DNA of 64,000 nucleotides from Candidatus Eiseniibacteriota bacterium (GTDB lineage: Bacteria > Eisenbacteria > RBG-16-71-46), in contig OY970178.1 in assembly GCA_963707915.1 (NCBI GenBank), forward strand, positions 3,488,001 to 3,552,000, read 5' to 3'. Positions within the stretch are counted from its first letter, which is position 1. Every line of letters begins with the position of its first letter. The translations under genes were made by a program, and so were the position numbers. The notes beneath the pieces were generated by a model. That model saw only the letters and a list, made by a program, of their open reading frames with translations, had not been told where the DNA came from and made no database searches. Positions 46,425-55,739 of the stretch are shown in pieces.

Positions 46425-47656
46425 CCGTCCGGCGAAGGCGGCCCCGGGCCTCGGCGGGAGAGCTCCGCGTAGATCCGCGCCACTTTCTCGGCGATGATCG
46501 TCCAGGAGTACTGGCGCGCCCGTTCTCGCAGGACGGCCGCGTCCCAGGTGCGGCTGAGGGCTGCGTCGAGCGCAGTGGCGAGTGCCGCTGCGTCCCCGGC
46601 CGGGACCAGCAGTCCGTGCCGGCCTTCTTCCACGATCTCCCGGGTGCCCCCGACCGAGGAACTCACCAGGGGACGGCCCGCGGCCAGTGCCTCCAGAGCG
46701 GCAAGTGGCATGCCCTCGTTGATGCTGGGGAGTGCCACCACGTCGGCGGCGGCGAGGAGGTCGGGCACCCGATCGTAGGCGACCCGTCCGCAGAGGACGA
46801 CGTGTCCTGCGAGGCCGGACGATCGGACTTGCTCCTCGAGTTCCGACCGGAGCGGGCCCTCGCCGGCGATCACCAGCTTGACGTCCTGATGCCGTTCGCG
46901 AACCGCGCGGAAGGCATCGATCAGTACCCGGTGCCCCTTCACGGCCACGAGATTGCCGACGCTCACGATCATCCGGCCGGTGGCCGGCAAGCCCAGTGCG
47001 CGCCGGCCCGCCTCCCGATCGCCCGCCTCGAAGGACTTCACGTCCACACCGTTCGGGACATAGCGCAGGCGTTCCCCGCTCACGCCGAGGTCCCGCGCGA
47101 TGTCGAAGAGATCGCGCGAGACCGCGATCACGCGGTCGGCCCGGCGGAGCGCCCAGCGGCACCAGAACCGGATCCTCCACGGTCCCCGGATGGCCTCGGT
47201 GTGGAGATCCGAGCCGTGTGCGGTGATCACCACGGGCAGGCCGCTGGCTCGGGCCACGAGGACCGCGGCGAGTCCCATCGGGTAGAGACGGTGTCCATGC
47301 ACCACACGGGCGTCGCGCGCGTGCCGCAGCCGGATCCACAGGCCGATCAGGAACAACTGGAGCGGCTCCGTGAGCGCGAACAGCAGCGGAACGTGGAGGT
47401 ACCGTGGCCGCAGCACCCGCAGTCCCGGGGTCGTCCGGTCGTCCCGCCGGTCGGCGGCGTTCTGCGCGGCGATGCGCCGATCGCTGGCGTAGCGGGGCAG
47501 AGGCGGCAGCAGGATCTCGGGGGACACCACGGTCACGCGCCAGAGTTGCGCCAGGAAGCGCACCTGCTGGGATACCGAGAGGCGCAGCCCCCCCGTCAGT
47601 CGATCGGGGGGAAGGAAGCCCTGAGTGAAGAGCAGCACATGTGGGGTGCGGTCCAT
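46421..47656 (-). CDS. GT4 glycosyltransferase (TuaC-like)
   Basis: Motifs 'ITAHGSD', 'VPNGVD', 'VGNLVAVKG' and 'EGMPLAALEALAAG'. Confidence 0.9.
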   Translation of the reverse strand: MDRTPHVLLFTQGFLPPDRLTGGLRLSVSQQVRFLAQLWRVTVVSPEILLPPLPRYASDRRIAAQNAADRRDDRTTPGLRVLRPRYLHVPLLFALTEPLQLFLIGLWIRLRHARDARVVHGHRLYPMGLAAVLVARASGLPVVITAHGSDLHTEAIRGPWRIRFWCRWALRRADRVIAVSRDLFDIARDLGVSGERLRYVPNGVDVKSFEAGDREAGRRALGLPATGRMIVSVGNLVAVKGHRVLIDAFRAVRERHQDVKLVIAGEGPLRSELEEQVRSSGLAGHVVLCGRVAYDRVPDLLAAADVVALPSINEGMPLAALEALAAGRPLVSSSVGGTREIVEEGRHGLLVPAGDAAALATALDAALSRTWDAAVLRERARQYSWTIIAEKVARIYAELSRRGPGPPSPDG

Positions 47657-47991
47657 GGAGGCGCGCTCCCGGTGAAAGCCGTGCCGCATACGGCACCAAG
47701 GCGAGAAGGCAAGCACAGCCATAGCCCGGCAGCGCAGCCCTGTCAAGGTCACGGGGGCTGGAATCACTCGCGCCCGCCCATCCTTCACGACCGGTACGCA
47801 GAGCGGATCGCGCGCGAAAGGCCACCGGGCCCCCCGACCTCCACGGCGGGCCCGCGCGGCGGCCGGGGGGATCTCATGTGCTACTATCGCGCACGCGAAT
47901 TCGTCGCCTCCCTCGGGGTTCGAGCGCCCGCTTCCCCCTGTCACCCGAGGGGGCCTGATTGCCCGTCCTCCATCGTGAGTGCCCATCGCCA

Positions 47992-49548
47992 ATGAGCCCG
48001 CCTTCCGACCCCGACGTGCCCCCCGCGACCCCGCTTCCGTCCGGAGCCGGCAAGGGCCACGCACCGCGGATCCTCCACAACACGGGCATGCTGGCCATCT
48101 CGGGACTCTTCGTGCGCGGCATGGGGATGGTGATGATGGTGATCCTCGCCCGCAGCCTGGGGGCGGAGGGCTACGGCACCTACCAGCGCGCGGAATCATT
48201 CGTCTACATGTTCAGCATCCTGGGGAGTTTCGGACTGGACATGATCCTCACCCGCGAGGTCGCCCGCCGTGGTGCCCGGGCTCCCGAGTACCTGACGGGG
48301 GTCCTGACCCTCAAGCTGCTGCTGGGTCCCCTGTGCTTCGCGCTCATCCTCGGCCTCGCGCATGCGCGAGGCTACCAGGGGGCATTCCTCTGGGGCATCT
48401 GGTGCTACAGCTTCGTCCTGCTCCTGACCACGGCCTCGCAAACCTGCGATGCGTATTTCCAGGGGCTCGACGAGATGGGCTACATCGCGATCACGAACAT
48501 CGCCACCCAGCTGGCGTTCGTGATCCTGGGAGGTGCCTGCGTCTGGCTCGGCAAAGACCTGCGCTGGATCCTCTCGGCCCTCGTCGCGGCGGCGATCGTT
48601 CGGCTGATCGTCTCCGCCTACATCATGACGCGCCTGGGGTTCCGGCTCGCGAAACCCCGGCCGGGCACCCTCCTCTTTCTGCTCAAGCAGTCCGTCCCCA
48701 TCGCGTTCGCGGCCAGCTTCGTCATCGTGTACCAGCAACTGGACGCCGTGCTGCTGGGCGAGCTCAAGGGCAATACCCAGGTCGGCTGGTACAAGGCCAG
48801 CGCCAAGCTCCTCCTCTTGTTTTCGGTCCTGCGCGAAAGCTTCCTGGTCGCGATCTATCCCGTGTTCGCCTCGGTCGCGCAGCGCGACCGCGAGCACATG
48901 GGCAACCTGGTGACCCGCGCGGTGCGCTACCAGCTGATCGTCGCGCTCTACTTCATCATCTGCTTCGTCATCCTCCCACGGGTGGCCCCGGCGCTGCTCG
49001 GGGACGAGTTCGTGAAGACCGCCGCGATCCTCCCCATCATGGCGTTGACGCTCGTGCCGCAGACGATCAGCATCACCATGGGACGCGTGCTGGTCGCCTC
49101 GGGCAACCAGAATCGCATCATGGCTGCGACCGGGCTCGCGCTGGTCGTGAACGTGGCGCTCAACCTGTTCCTCATCCCCCGATTCGGCTACATGGGGGCG
49201 GCCGCCGCCGGCATGACCAGTGAACTGGCGGTGGCGGGCATGAACGTGTTCTACGTGCATCGCTATGTGGCCCGCACCCGGATCGTGCGGGCGATCATGC
49301 GGCCGGTCATCGCGGCCGCGCTGGTCGGCGTGACGATCCACCTGCTGCCAGGGCTGCGCCTCTATCAGGCGATACCGCTGGCGGGGGTCCTCTACGTTGG
49401 TGGTCTCCTTGCCCTGCGCACCTTCTCTGCGGCGGAGTTGAGCCAGATCCGGGCCGCTCTCCGTGCGGGGTGGGTTCGGTTGTGGAAGAGCGGTGGAGGG
49501 ACGGGTGGCAATATCGACTCCGGCCTGTCCGCGGGTGCCGAGGGGTGA
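47992..49548 (+). CDS. Wzx-type flippase
   Basis: Motifs 'ARSLGAEGYG', 'FGLDMILTREVA', 'VGWYKAS' and 'LNLFLIPRFGYMGAA'. Confidence 0.88.
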   Translation: MSPPSDPDVPPATPLPSGAGKGHAPRILHNTGMLAISGLFVRGMGMVMMVILARSLGAEGYGTYQRAESFVYMFSILGSFGLDMILTREVARRGARAPEYLTGVLTLKLLLGPLCFALILGLAHARGYQGAFLWGIWCYSFVLLLTTASQTCDAYFQGLDEMGYIAITNIATQLAFVILGGACVWLGKDLRWILSALVAAAIVRLIVSAYIMTRLGFRLAKPRPGTLLFLLKQSVPIAFAASFVIVYQQLDAVLLGELKGNTQVGWYKASAKLLLLFSVLRESFLVAIYPVFASVAQRDREHMGNLVTRAVRYQLIVALYFIICFVILPRVAPALLGDEFVKTAAILPIMALTLVPQTISITMGRVLVASGNQNRIMAATGLALVVNVALNLFLIPRFGYMGAAAAGMTSELAVAGMNVFYVHRYVARTRIVRAIMRPVIAAALVGVTIHLLPGLRLYQAIPLAGVLYVGGLLALRTFSAAELSQIRAALRAGWVRLWKSGGGTGGNIDSGLSAGAEG

Positions 49549-49626
49549 AGCGCGAGTCTCGGCACGCGGACTGCCACGAGCCCCTGCCTGCGGTTTCGCG
49601 GGCAGGTCACGGAGATCCTGATTTCG

Positions 49627-51180
49627 ATGAATCCGCTTCCCGTTGATTCCATCCCTCTCCGCCTCCCGCACTACCGGCTGCGGGATGGCGGGTTGTACTT
49701 CCTCATCTCCCGGCGGCCCCTGGCCGTGCTCGATGCTTGCGAACACGAGGTGTGGGAGTCGTTGGATGGCTCGGTCCGCGTGCGGGACGTGGCCGACCGC
49801 TTCCCTGCCGGGGTCGGCGAGGCCGCGCTTCGCCGCTTCGTGGAGCTCGGGGTCTGTATGCTGGTCGCGGCGAGCTTCCCCGAGGGACGCCGGCGGATCG
49901 TAGTCATCGAGCCCCACATGGACGACGGCGCGCTGAGCCTGGGCGGGACGATGTGGAGCCGCCGCTCGCAGTGCGAGTTCACCATCGTCACGCTCGCGGG
50001 TCGCAACAACTTCACCAGCTACTACTACCTCGAGCGCGACTACTTCGATGTGGACGAGGTGTCGGCGCTGCGCCGGTCCGAGAGCGCACTGGTGGCGCGC
50101 GCCATCGGCGGACACCACGTGGCGCTCGATCTGCCCGAGGCGCCGCTGCGCTACCGCGCCGGGAACTGGACCGTGGACTGGTACCGGCGGCACCGTGCTT
50201 CGGTGTCGGCCTTCATCAGCCACACTTCGGGATCCGAGGAGCTGCGCGCGTGGACCGATGCGCTCCGGCAGGCGCTGCGCGGGTTGCCGGCCGACGAGGT
50301 GTGGATGCCCATCGGCGTGGGCCCGCACACCGATCACGAGCTCACCCGGAACGCCTGCCTGACGCTCCTGGCGGAGGATCCGGAGCTGCTCTCGCGGTGC
50401 ACGGTGCGTCTCTACCAGGAAGTGCCCTACGCCGCGCGGTTCCCGCGGTTCACAGCCGCGATCGTCGAGGAGTTGACGCGCGCTGGCGCCAGACTCGAAC
50501 TCGAGAGGGTCCCCGTCACGGAGGTGTTCGCCGACAAGCTGCGGCTCATCTCGTACTTCGGCTCCCAGTTCAAGCTCGAGGTCCTGCGGCCGGACATCGA
50601 GGCCTCGGCCCGGACGGCCGCCGGCGACGGGGGCGGGATGGCGGAGATCCTCTACCGCGTCGCGGCACCGCCGAAGCGTCTGGACCTCCGGGCCCTCTTC
50701 GTGGGGGCGCCGGAGGTGCGGCGGCTGGCGGAGGAACTCGGGCCCTGGATCGAGCGGCACCGGCACACCCGTCGGATCCGCGTGTTCATCCGCCCGCCTG
50801 CGGGCCGCTGGGTGGAGGACATGCAGCTGCTGCTGGACGTCTTCCCGGCGGCCCGCTTCGTGGTTCGGGCCTCCAAGGCAGCGCTGGCGGAGGCGACGGA
50901 GGTCCGCTCCCCGCGAATCGAGGTCAGCCCGATCGATCAGGGCGTCAGGGCGTGGGTGCTGGGTGTGTTGGGCGCCAACCTGCAGGGGCCCGCACCCACC
51001 CTGATGATCACGTTCGCGGACCGCACACGCGAGGGGCGCCGCCTGGGCAGGCTACTTCCACTGAGTGACACCCTGGTCGTGCCCAGCATGAACCACCTCG
51101 CGCTCGCGCTGCGTCTCCTGGCGGACGCCGGCGACGGGCGACGGGCGTCGGAAGCCCCGAAGGGATCCGCCGGATCCTGA
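49627..51180 (+). CDS. PIG-L/LmbE-family deacetylase with an N-terminal PqqD/RRE-like domain and a C-terminal extension
   Basis: Metal motifs 'EPHMDDGALSLGG' and 'HTDH', plus 'YQEVPY' and 'YFGSQ'. N-terminal 'VWESLDGSVRVRDVADR...LRRFVELG'. Confidence 0.7.
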   Translation: MNPLPVDSIPLRLPHYRLRDGGLYFLISRRPLAVLDACEHEVWESLDGSVRVRDVADRFPAGVGEAALRRFVELGVCMLVAASFPEGRRRIVVIEPHMDDGALSLGGTMWSRRSQCEFTIVTLAGRNNFTSYYYLERDYFDVDEVSALRRSESALVARAIGGHHVALDLPEAPLRYRAGNWTVDWYRRHRASVSAFISHTSGSEELRAWTDALRQALRGLPADEVWMPIGVGPHTDHELTRNACLTLLAEDPELLSRCTVRLYQEVPYAARFPRFTAAIVEELTRAGARLELERVPVTEVFADKLRLISYFGSQFKLEVLRPDIEASARTAAGDGGGMAEILYRVAAPPKRLDLRALFVGAPEVRRLAEELGPWIERHRHTRRIRVFIRPPAGRWVEDMQLLLDVFPAARFVVRASKAALAEATEVRSPRIEVSPIDQGVRAWVLGVLGANLQGPAPTLMITFADRTREGRRLGRLLPLSDTLVVPSMNHLALALRLLADAGDGRRASEAPKGSAGS

Positions 51181-51577
51181 GGAGGGGCGCCGAGGGGGCG
51201 TGCCGCCGCGGCGCTTTGCGTGTCCTGCGAGTCGTTGCCACGACTGCGGATGCGGCAATCCAGGGCCCGCCATGCTAGAGTCATCCGACGCCCAGGCGGG
51301 ACCGGACGCTCGTTGTCGCGTGATCGCCTGGACGGGGAACGGGCTTCATGTGCTTCGGACCGGGGTTCGAGGCGCGAAGCCGCGGGGGGTCGGATCTCGA
51401 ATCTCTTCCAAGGCTGGCGCGGAAACGTGGACAACTTCTCGGCAGCTGCCGTCAACACCACGCCCCAGGCTGATGATCAGGCCGCTCACGGCCGACTTCC
51501 CGAAGCATGACCGGAAGCCCTACCGTGCGATCGCCTGGCCGGGGATCCGGCCACCTCATCCACCACGGGGACTGCTC

Positions 51578-52525
51578 ATGAAAGCGCTGGTCACCGGCGG
51601 GGCCGGATTCATCGGCTCCAACATCGTGAATGCCCTGCTCGAGCTCGGCCACGAGCCGGTCGTGCTGGACGACCTGTCCAGCGGCTACCGGGAGAACCTC
51701 GTCGCCGGGGTTCGGTTCGTGGAGGGGGACGTTCGCGACCTCGACTCCGTCGCGCGGGCGATGGCGGGATGCGGGGTGGTCTTCCACCTGGCGGCCAGCG
51801 TCGGCAACGTGCGCTCCATCGAACATCCGCAGATCGATTCGGCCATCAACGTGCTGGGCACCCTCAACGTGCTCGAGACCGCCCGGGCCGGCCGGATCGA
51901 CCGGGTGGTGTTCTCGTCCTCGGCGGGCATCTTCGGGGAATTGAAGACGCTGCCGATCCGCGAAGACCACCCCCAGGACCCCGATTCGCCGTACGGCACC
52001 AGCAAGCTGGCCGCCGAGAAGATGTGCCTCGTCTACAACAAGCTGTACGGGATGCACAACGTCTGCCTGCGCTACTTCAACGTGTACGGGCCGCATCAGC
52101 GCTTCGACGCTTACGGGAACGTCATCCCGATCTTCGCCGATCGGATCCTGAAGCGGGAGCCCATGACCATCTTCGGGGACGGAGAGCAGACCCGCGACTT
52201 CGTCAACGTGCGCGACGTCGCGGCCGCCAACGTCCAGGCGGGGCTGGCGCAGGGCGTGTCCGGCGTGTTCAACATCGGCAGCGCCACCCGCATCACGATC
52301 AACGAACTGGCGCGGGTCATGCACGAGATCGCCTCGGTCCCGGGCGCCCTTCGGTATGCTCCGCCCCGGATGGGCGACGTGCGCGACAGCCTGGCGGACA
52401 TCGAGGCGGCCCGGTCAGCCTTCGGCTTCGACCCGGCCACGCCGATGGTCCAGGGCCTCGCGGAGTACTGGGCGTGGTTCAGCCGCGATGGGTTGACCTT
52501 GAAGCGTCTGGGGCTCGCGACATGA
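51578..52525 (+). CDS. NAD-dependent epimerase/dehydratase (GalE/WbpP-like 4-epimerase)
   Basis: Motifs 'VTGGAGFIGS', 'YGTSK', 'LRYFNVYGP' and 'GDGEQTRDF'. Confidence 0.9.
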   Translation: MKALVTGGAGFIGSNIVNALLELGHEPVVLDDLSSGYRENLVAGVRFVEGDVRDLDSVARAMAGCGVVFHLAASVGNVRSIEHPQIDSAINVLGTLNVLETARAGRIDRVVFSSSAGIFGELKTLPIREDHPQDPDSPYGTSKLAAEKMCLVYNKLYGMHNVCLRYFNVYGPHQRFDAYGNVIPIFADRILKREPMTIFGDGEQTRDFVNVRDVAAANVQAGLAQGVSGVFNIGSATRITINELARVMHEIASVPGALRYAPPRMGDVRDSLADIEAARSAFGFDPATPMVQGLAEYWAWFSRDGLTLKRLGLAT

Positions 52526-53415
52526 GGATCCTCCTCCTGGGTGGCACCGGGATGCTGGGCCACCGGCTGTGGATCAACCTGCAGCAGGAGCACGAGGTGT
52601 GGGTGACCGTCCGGGGGGAGGGCAATCCCTTCCCGGACGTGGCGCGGTTCCCCGCCGACCACATCGTCCATCGCGTGGATGGATTGTCCTCCGATGACGT
52701 GATCGCGACCCTGGGGGCGGTCCGCCCGGAGCTCGTGATCAACTGCATCGGGCTGATCAAGCAGATGGAGCACGCGGGCGATCCCCTGCCCGCGCTCTCG
52801 ATGAACGCGCTGCTGCCGCACCGGGTGGCCGCGATCTGCCGAGCCGTCGGCGCCCGGTTCATCCACATCAGCACCGACTGCGTCTTCTCGGGCCGGAAGG
52901 GCGGCTACGTGGAATCCGACCCCTCGGACGCCGAAGACGTCTACGGCCGGACGAAGTTCCTGGGCGAGGTGCAGGGGCCGCACGCCATCACGCTGCGCAC
53001 CTCGATCATCGGGCAGGAGCTCAAGAATCGTCTCGGTCTGGTCGAGTGGTTCCTCGCGCAGACCGGCACGATCAAGGGGTATCAGAAGGCGATGTACTCC
53101 GGATTCACGACCGACGAACTGTCGCGGATCATCCTGCGGCACGTGATCCCGGATCCGGGGTTGCACGGCATGTATCACGTCTCCAGCGAGCCGGTCAGCA
53201 AGTTCGACCTGCTCCTGCTGGCGAAGCAGGCATACGGGAGGGAGATCGAGATCCTTCCCGAGGAGCGGTTCGTCTGCGACCGCACCCTGGATTCGACTCG
53301 ATTCCGCAAGGCGACGGGATATGTCCCGCCCGCCTGGGCGGAGATGATCCGGGAACTGGCGTCGGATGCGGCGTTCTATGATCGGCTCCGCAAGTCATCC
53401 CCGGCCACTCTGTAG
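52522..53415 (+). CDS. RmlD-like SDR sugar 4-reductase (QnlA/WbvR-like)
   Basis: Motifs 'GGTGMLG', 'INCIGLIKQ', 'HISTDCVFSG', 'YGRTK' and 'LRTSIIG'. 297 aa, with no cupin extension. Confidence 0.85.
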   Translation: MRILLLGGTGMLGHRLWINLQQEHEVWVTVRGEGNPFPDVARFPADHIVHRVDGLSSDDVIATLGAVRPELVINCIGLIKQMEHAGDPLPALSMNALLPHRVAAICRAVGARFIHISTDCVFSGRKGGYVESDPSDAEDVYGRTKFLGEVQGPHAITLRTSIIGQELKNRLGLVEWFLAQTGTIKGYQKAMYSGFTTDELSRIILRHVIPDPGLHGMYHVSSEPVSKFDLLLLAKQAYGREIEILPEERFVCDRTLDSTRFRKATGYVPPAWAEMIRELASDAAFYDRLRKSSPATL

Positions 53416-53469
53416 ATCCAGTTGTCGAATCGACCGGTGCTTCCCAAACCTCATCGAGGATGAAACGAC

Positions 53470-54528
53470 ATGCTAGATGACAAGCGAGTCCTGATCACGG
53501 GGGGCACGGGCTCTCTGGGGAAAGTCCTGGTGCGCCGGCTGCTGTCGGGCGAACTGGGCACTCCCCGCAAACTCCTGGTCTTCTCGCGGGATGAGGGGAA
53601 GCAGCATGCCATGCGCGTGGAGTACATGCAGAAGACCAGCGCGACCGACGAGGTGATCTACCAGAACTTCAGGGACCTGTTGGAATTCCGGATCGGTGAC
53701 GTGCGTGACTTCCACAGCGTCGCCGCCGTGCTCGGCGAGGTGGATGTTGTGTTCAACGCCGCTGCGCTGAAGCAGGTCCCGACCTGCGAGTACTTCCCCT
53801 ATCAGGCGGTGATGACGAACATCGGCGGGCCGGAGAACATCGTGCGGGCGATCCAGGAGCTGCGCCTGCCGGTGGAGACGGTCGTCGGCATCTCGACGGA
53901 CAAGGCCTGCAAGCCCGTCAACGTGATGGGGATGACCAAGGCCATCCAGGAGCGGGTGTTCATCCAGGCCAACATGCGGTGCGCGGGCACGCGCTTCATC
54001 TGCGTGCGCTACGGGAACGTCCTGGCTTCGCGCGGGTCGGTCATCCCGCTGTTCCACGAGCAGATCCGCAACGGCGGGCCCGTGACGATCACGACCACCG
54101 ACATGACCCGTTTCCTGCTGAGCTTGGATCAGGCGGTCGACACCGTCTTCGCCGCGATCCGCGAGGCCCGGCGGGGCGAGACCTACATCCCCCGCGTGCC
54201 CTCCGCCAATGTCACCGATATCGTCGCGGCGCTGATCGGCGACCGGCCGATCCGGACCGTGGTCACCGGCATCCGTCCGGGCGAGAAGGTCCACGAGATC
54301 CTCGTCTCCGAGGAGGAGTGCCATCGCACGGTGGACCGGGGCAGCTACTACTCCATCCTGCCCATGCTGCCGGAGATCCAGAGCGAGCTGCAGTTCACGC
54401 CCGCGCTCTGCGGGGAGTACAGCTCCGCCGGGAGCGTGATGGACCGGAAGGCGGTGGCGGAACTGCTCCAGAAGCACCGGTTGCGGGTCGAGGATCAGTT
54501 GATCATCGAAGGCGAGCTGCTTCGATGA
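53470..54528 (+). CDS. UDP-GlcNAc 4,6-dehydratase/epimerase (FnlA/WbjB/CapE-like)
   Basis: Motifs 'TGGTGSLG', 'FSRDEGKQ', 'AAALKQVP', 'STDKAC', 'MGMTK' and 'RYGNVLASRGSVIP'. Confidence 0.9.
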   Translation: MLDDKRVLITGGTGSLGKVLVRRLLSGELGTPRKLLVFSRDEGKQHAMRVEYMQKTSATDEVIYQNFRDLLEFRIGDVRDFHSVAAVLGEVDVVFNAAALKQVPTCEYFPYQAVMTNIGGPENIVRAIQELRLPVETVVGISTDKACKPVNVMGMTKAIQERVFIQANMRCAGTRFICVRYGNVLASRGSVIPLFHEQIRNGGPVTITTTDMTRFLLSLDQAVDTVFAAIREARRGETYIPRVPSANVTDIVAALIGDRPIRTVVTGIRPGEKVHEILVSEEECHRTVDRGSYYSILPMLPEIQSELQFTPALCGEYSSAGSVMDRKAVAELLQKHRLRVEDQLIIEGELLR

Positions 54529-55613
54529 AGGTCCTGACGCTGCTGGGCACCCGCCCGGAGATCATCCGTCTGAGCCGGGTGATCGAAGGCCTGGACCGGC
54601 TGTGCCAGCACGTGCTGGTCCACACGGGCCAGAACTTCGATCCGAACCTGAGTGACATCTTCTTCGAGCAGTTGCGGCTGCGCCGGCCGGACCACGACCT
54701 CGGAGTGACCGGCGAGACGTTCGGTCAGCAGATCGGCCGGATCCTGGCCGCGGTGGACGGCGTGCTCCGGAAGGAACGCCCGGACGCCGTGCTGATCCTC
54801 GGGGACACGAACACCGGGCTGTGCAGCCTCATCGCGAAGCGGATGGGCATCCCCGTGTATCACATGGAGGCGGGGAACCGCTGCTACGACGATCGCGTGC
54901 CGGAGGAGGTCAACCGGCGGGTGATCGACCATTCGAGCACGATCCTGATGCCCTACACGCAGCGCAGCAAGGAGAACCTGCTCCGCGAGGGCATCGAGGC
55001 CCACCGCATCTTCGTGACCGGAAACCCGATCCACGAGGTCATCGAGCACTACGATGCGGAGATCAGGGCCTCGAAGGTGCATTCTCAGCTCGGGGTGGAG
55101 CCTGGCAGGTTCATCCTGGTCACCATGCACCGCGCCGAGAACGTGGACGTCGAGCTCCGGCTCAGGGGTCTCGCGCTGGCGCTGGACCAGGTGCAACGGA
55201 AGTACGATTGCCCGGTGATCTGCAGCCTGCACCCGCGCACGAAGCACAGGATGCAGCAGTACGGGGTGGGGGTCGACAACGACCGCGTCCGCTTCCTCAC
55301 GCCCCTGGGATTCTTCGACTTCGTGGCGCTGGAGCGCTCGACGCTCTGCGCGCTCTCCGACAGCGGGACGGTCCAGGAGGAGTGCTGCATCTTCCGCGTC
55401 CCCACCGTGACGATCCGCGACGTCACCGAGCGCCCGGAGACCATCGAGTGCGGCAGCAACATGCTCTCCGGGTGCGAGCCGGAAGCGATCCTGCGCTGCA
55501 TGGAGACCGTGCTGTCGCAGCCGCCGTCATGGACTCCGCCGCCCGAGTACCTGGCGGAGGCGGTGGCGTCGACGGTGGTGAGGATCGTGCTGGGCGGGGG
55601 AACGGTCGTCTAG
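54525..55613 (+). CDS. UDP-6-deoxy-HexNAc 2-epimerase (FnlC/QnlB/WbjD-like)
   Basis: Motifs 'GTRPEIIRLS', 'HTGQNFD', 'HMEAGNRCYDDRVPEEVNR' and 'SDSGTVQEE'. Confidence 0.88.
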   Translation: MKVLTLLGTRPEIIRLSRVIEGLDRLCQHVLVHTGQNFDPNLSDIFFEQLRLRRPDHDLGVTGETFGQQIGRILAAVDGVLRKERPDAVLILGDTNTGLCSLIAKRMGIPVYHMEAGNRCYDDRVPEEVNRRVIDHSSTILMPYTQRSKENLLREGIEAHRIFVTGNPIHEVIEHYDAEIRASKVHSQLGVEPGRFILVTMHRAENVDVELRLRGLALALDQVQRKYDCPVICSLHPRTKHRMQQYGVGVDNDRVRFLTPLGFFDFVALERSTLCALSDSGTVQEECCIFRVPTVTIRDVTERPETIECGSNMLSGCEPEAILRCMETVLSQPPSWTPPPEYLAEAVASTVVRIVLGGGTVV

Positions 55614-55739
55614 GGCTGTTCCGCCGCCGCCGTTCCCGGTCCTCGTGCCGGCCTGCCGCGAGCAGCCCACCCTCGAAGTCCCCCGCCCGCTGGCCCGGCC
55701 CCGCTCTGCGGTGTGGCGCTTCCGGACGGCGGTCGCCTC

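Noticed and set aside
44398..51180. Lasso-peptide/RiPP cluster (AsnB-like cyclase + RRE-like domain + small ORF 44398-44502)
   Set aside because: There is no transglutaminase-like leader peptidase, the 34-aa ORF lacks lasso leader/core features, and all neighbours are glycan genes.
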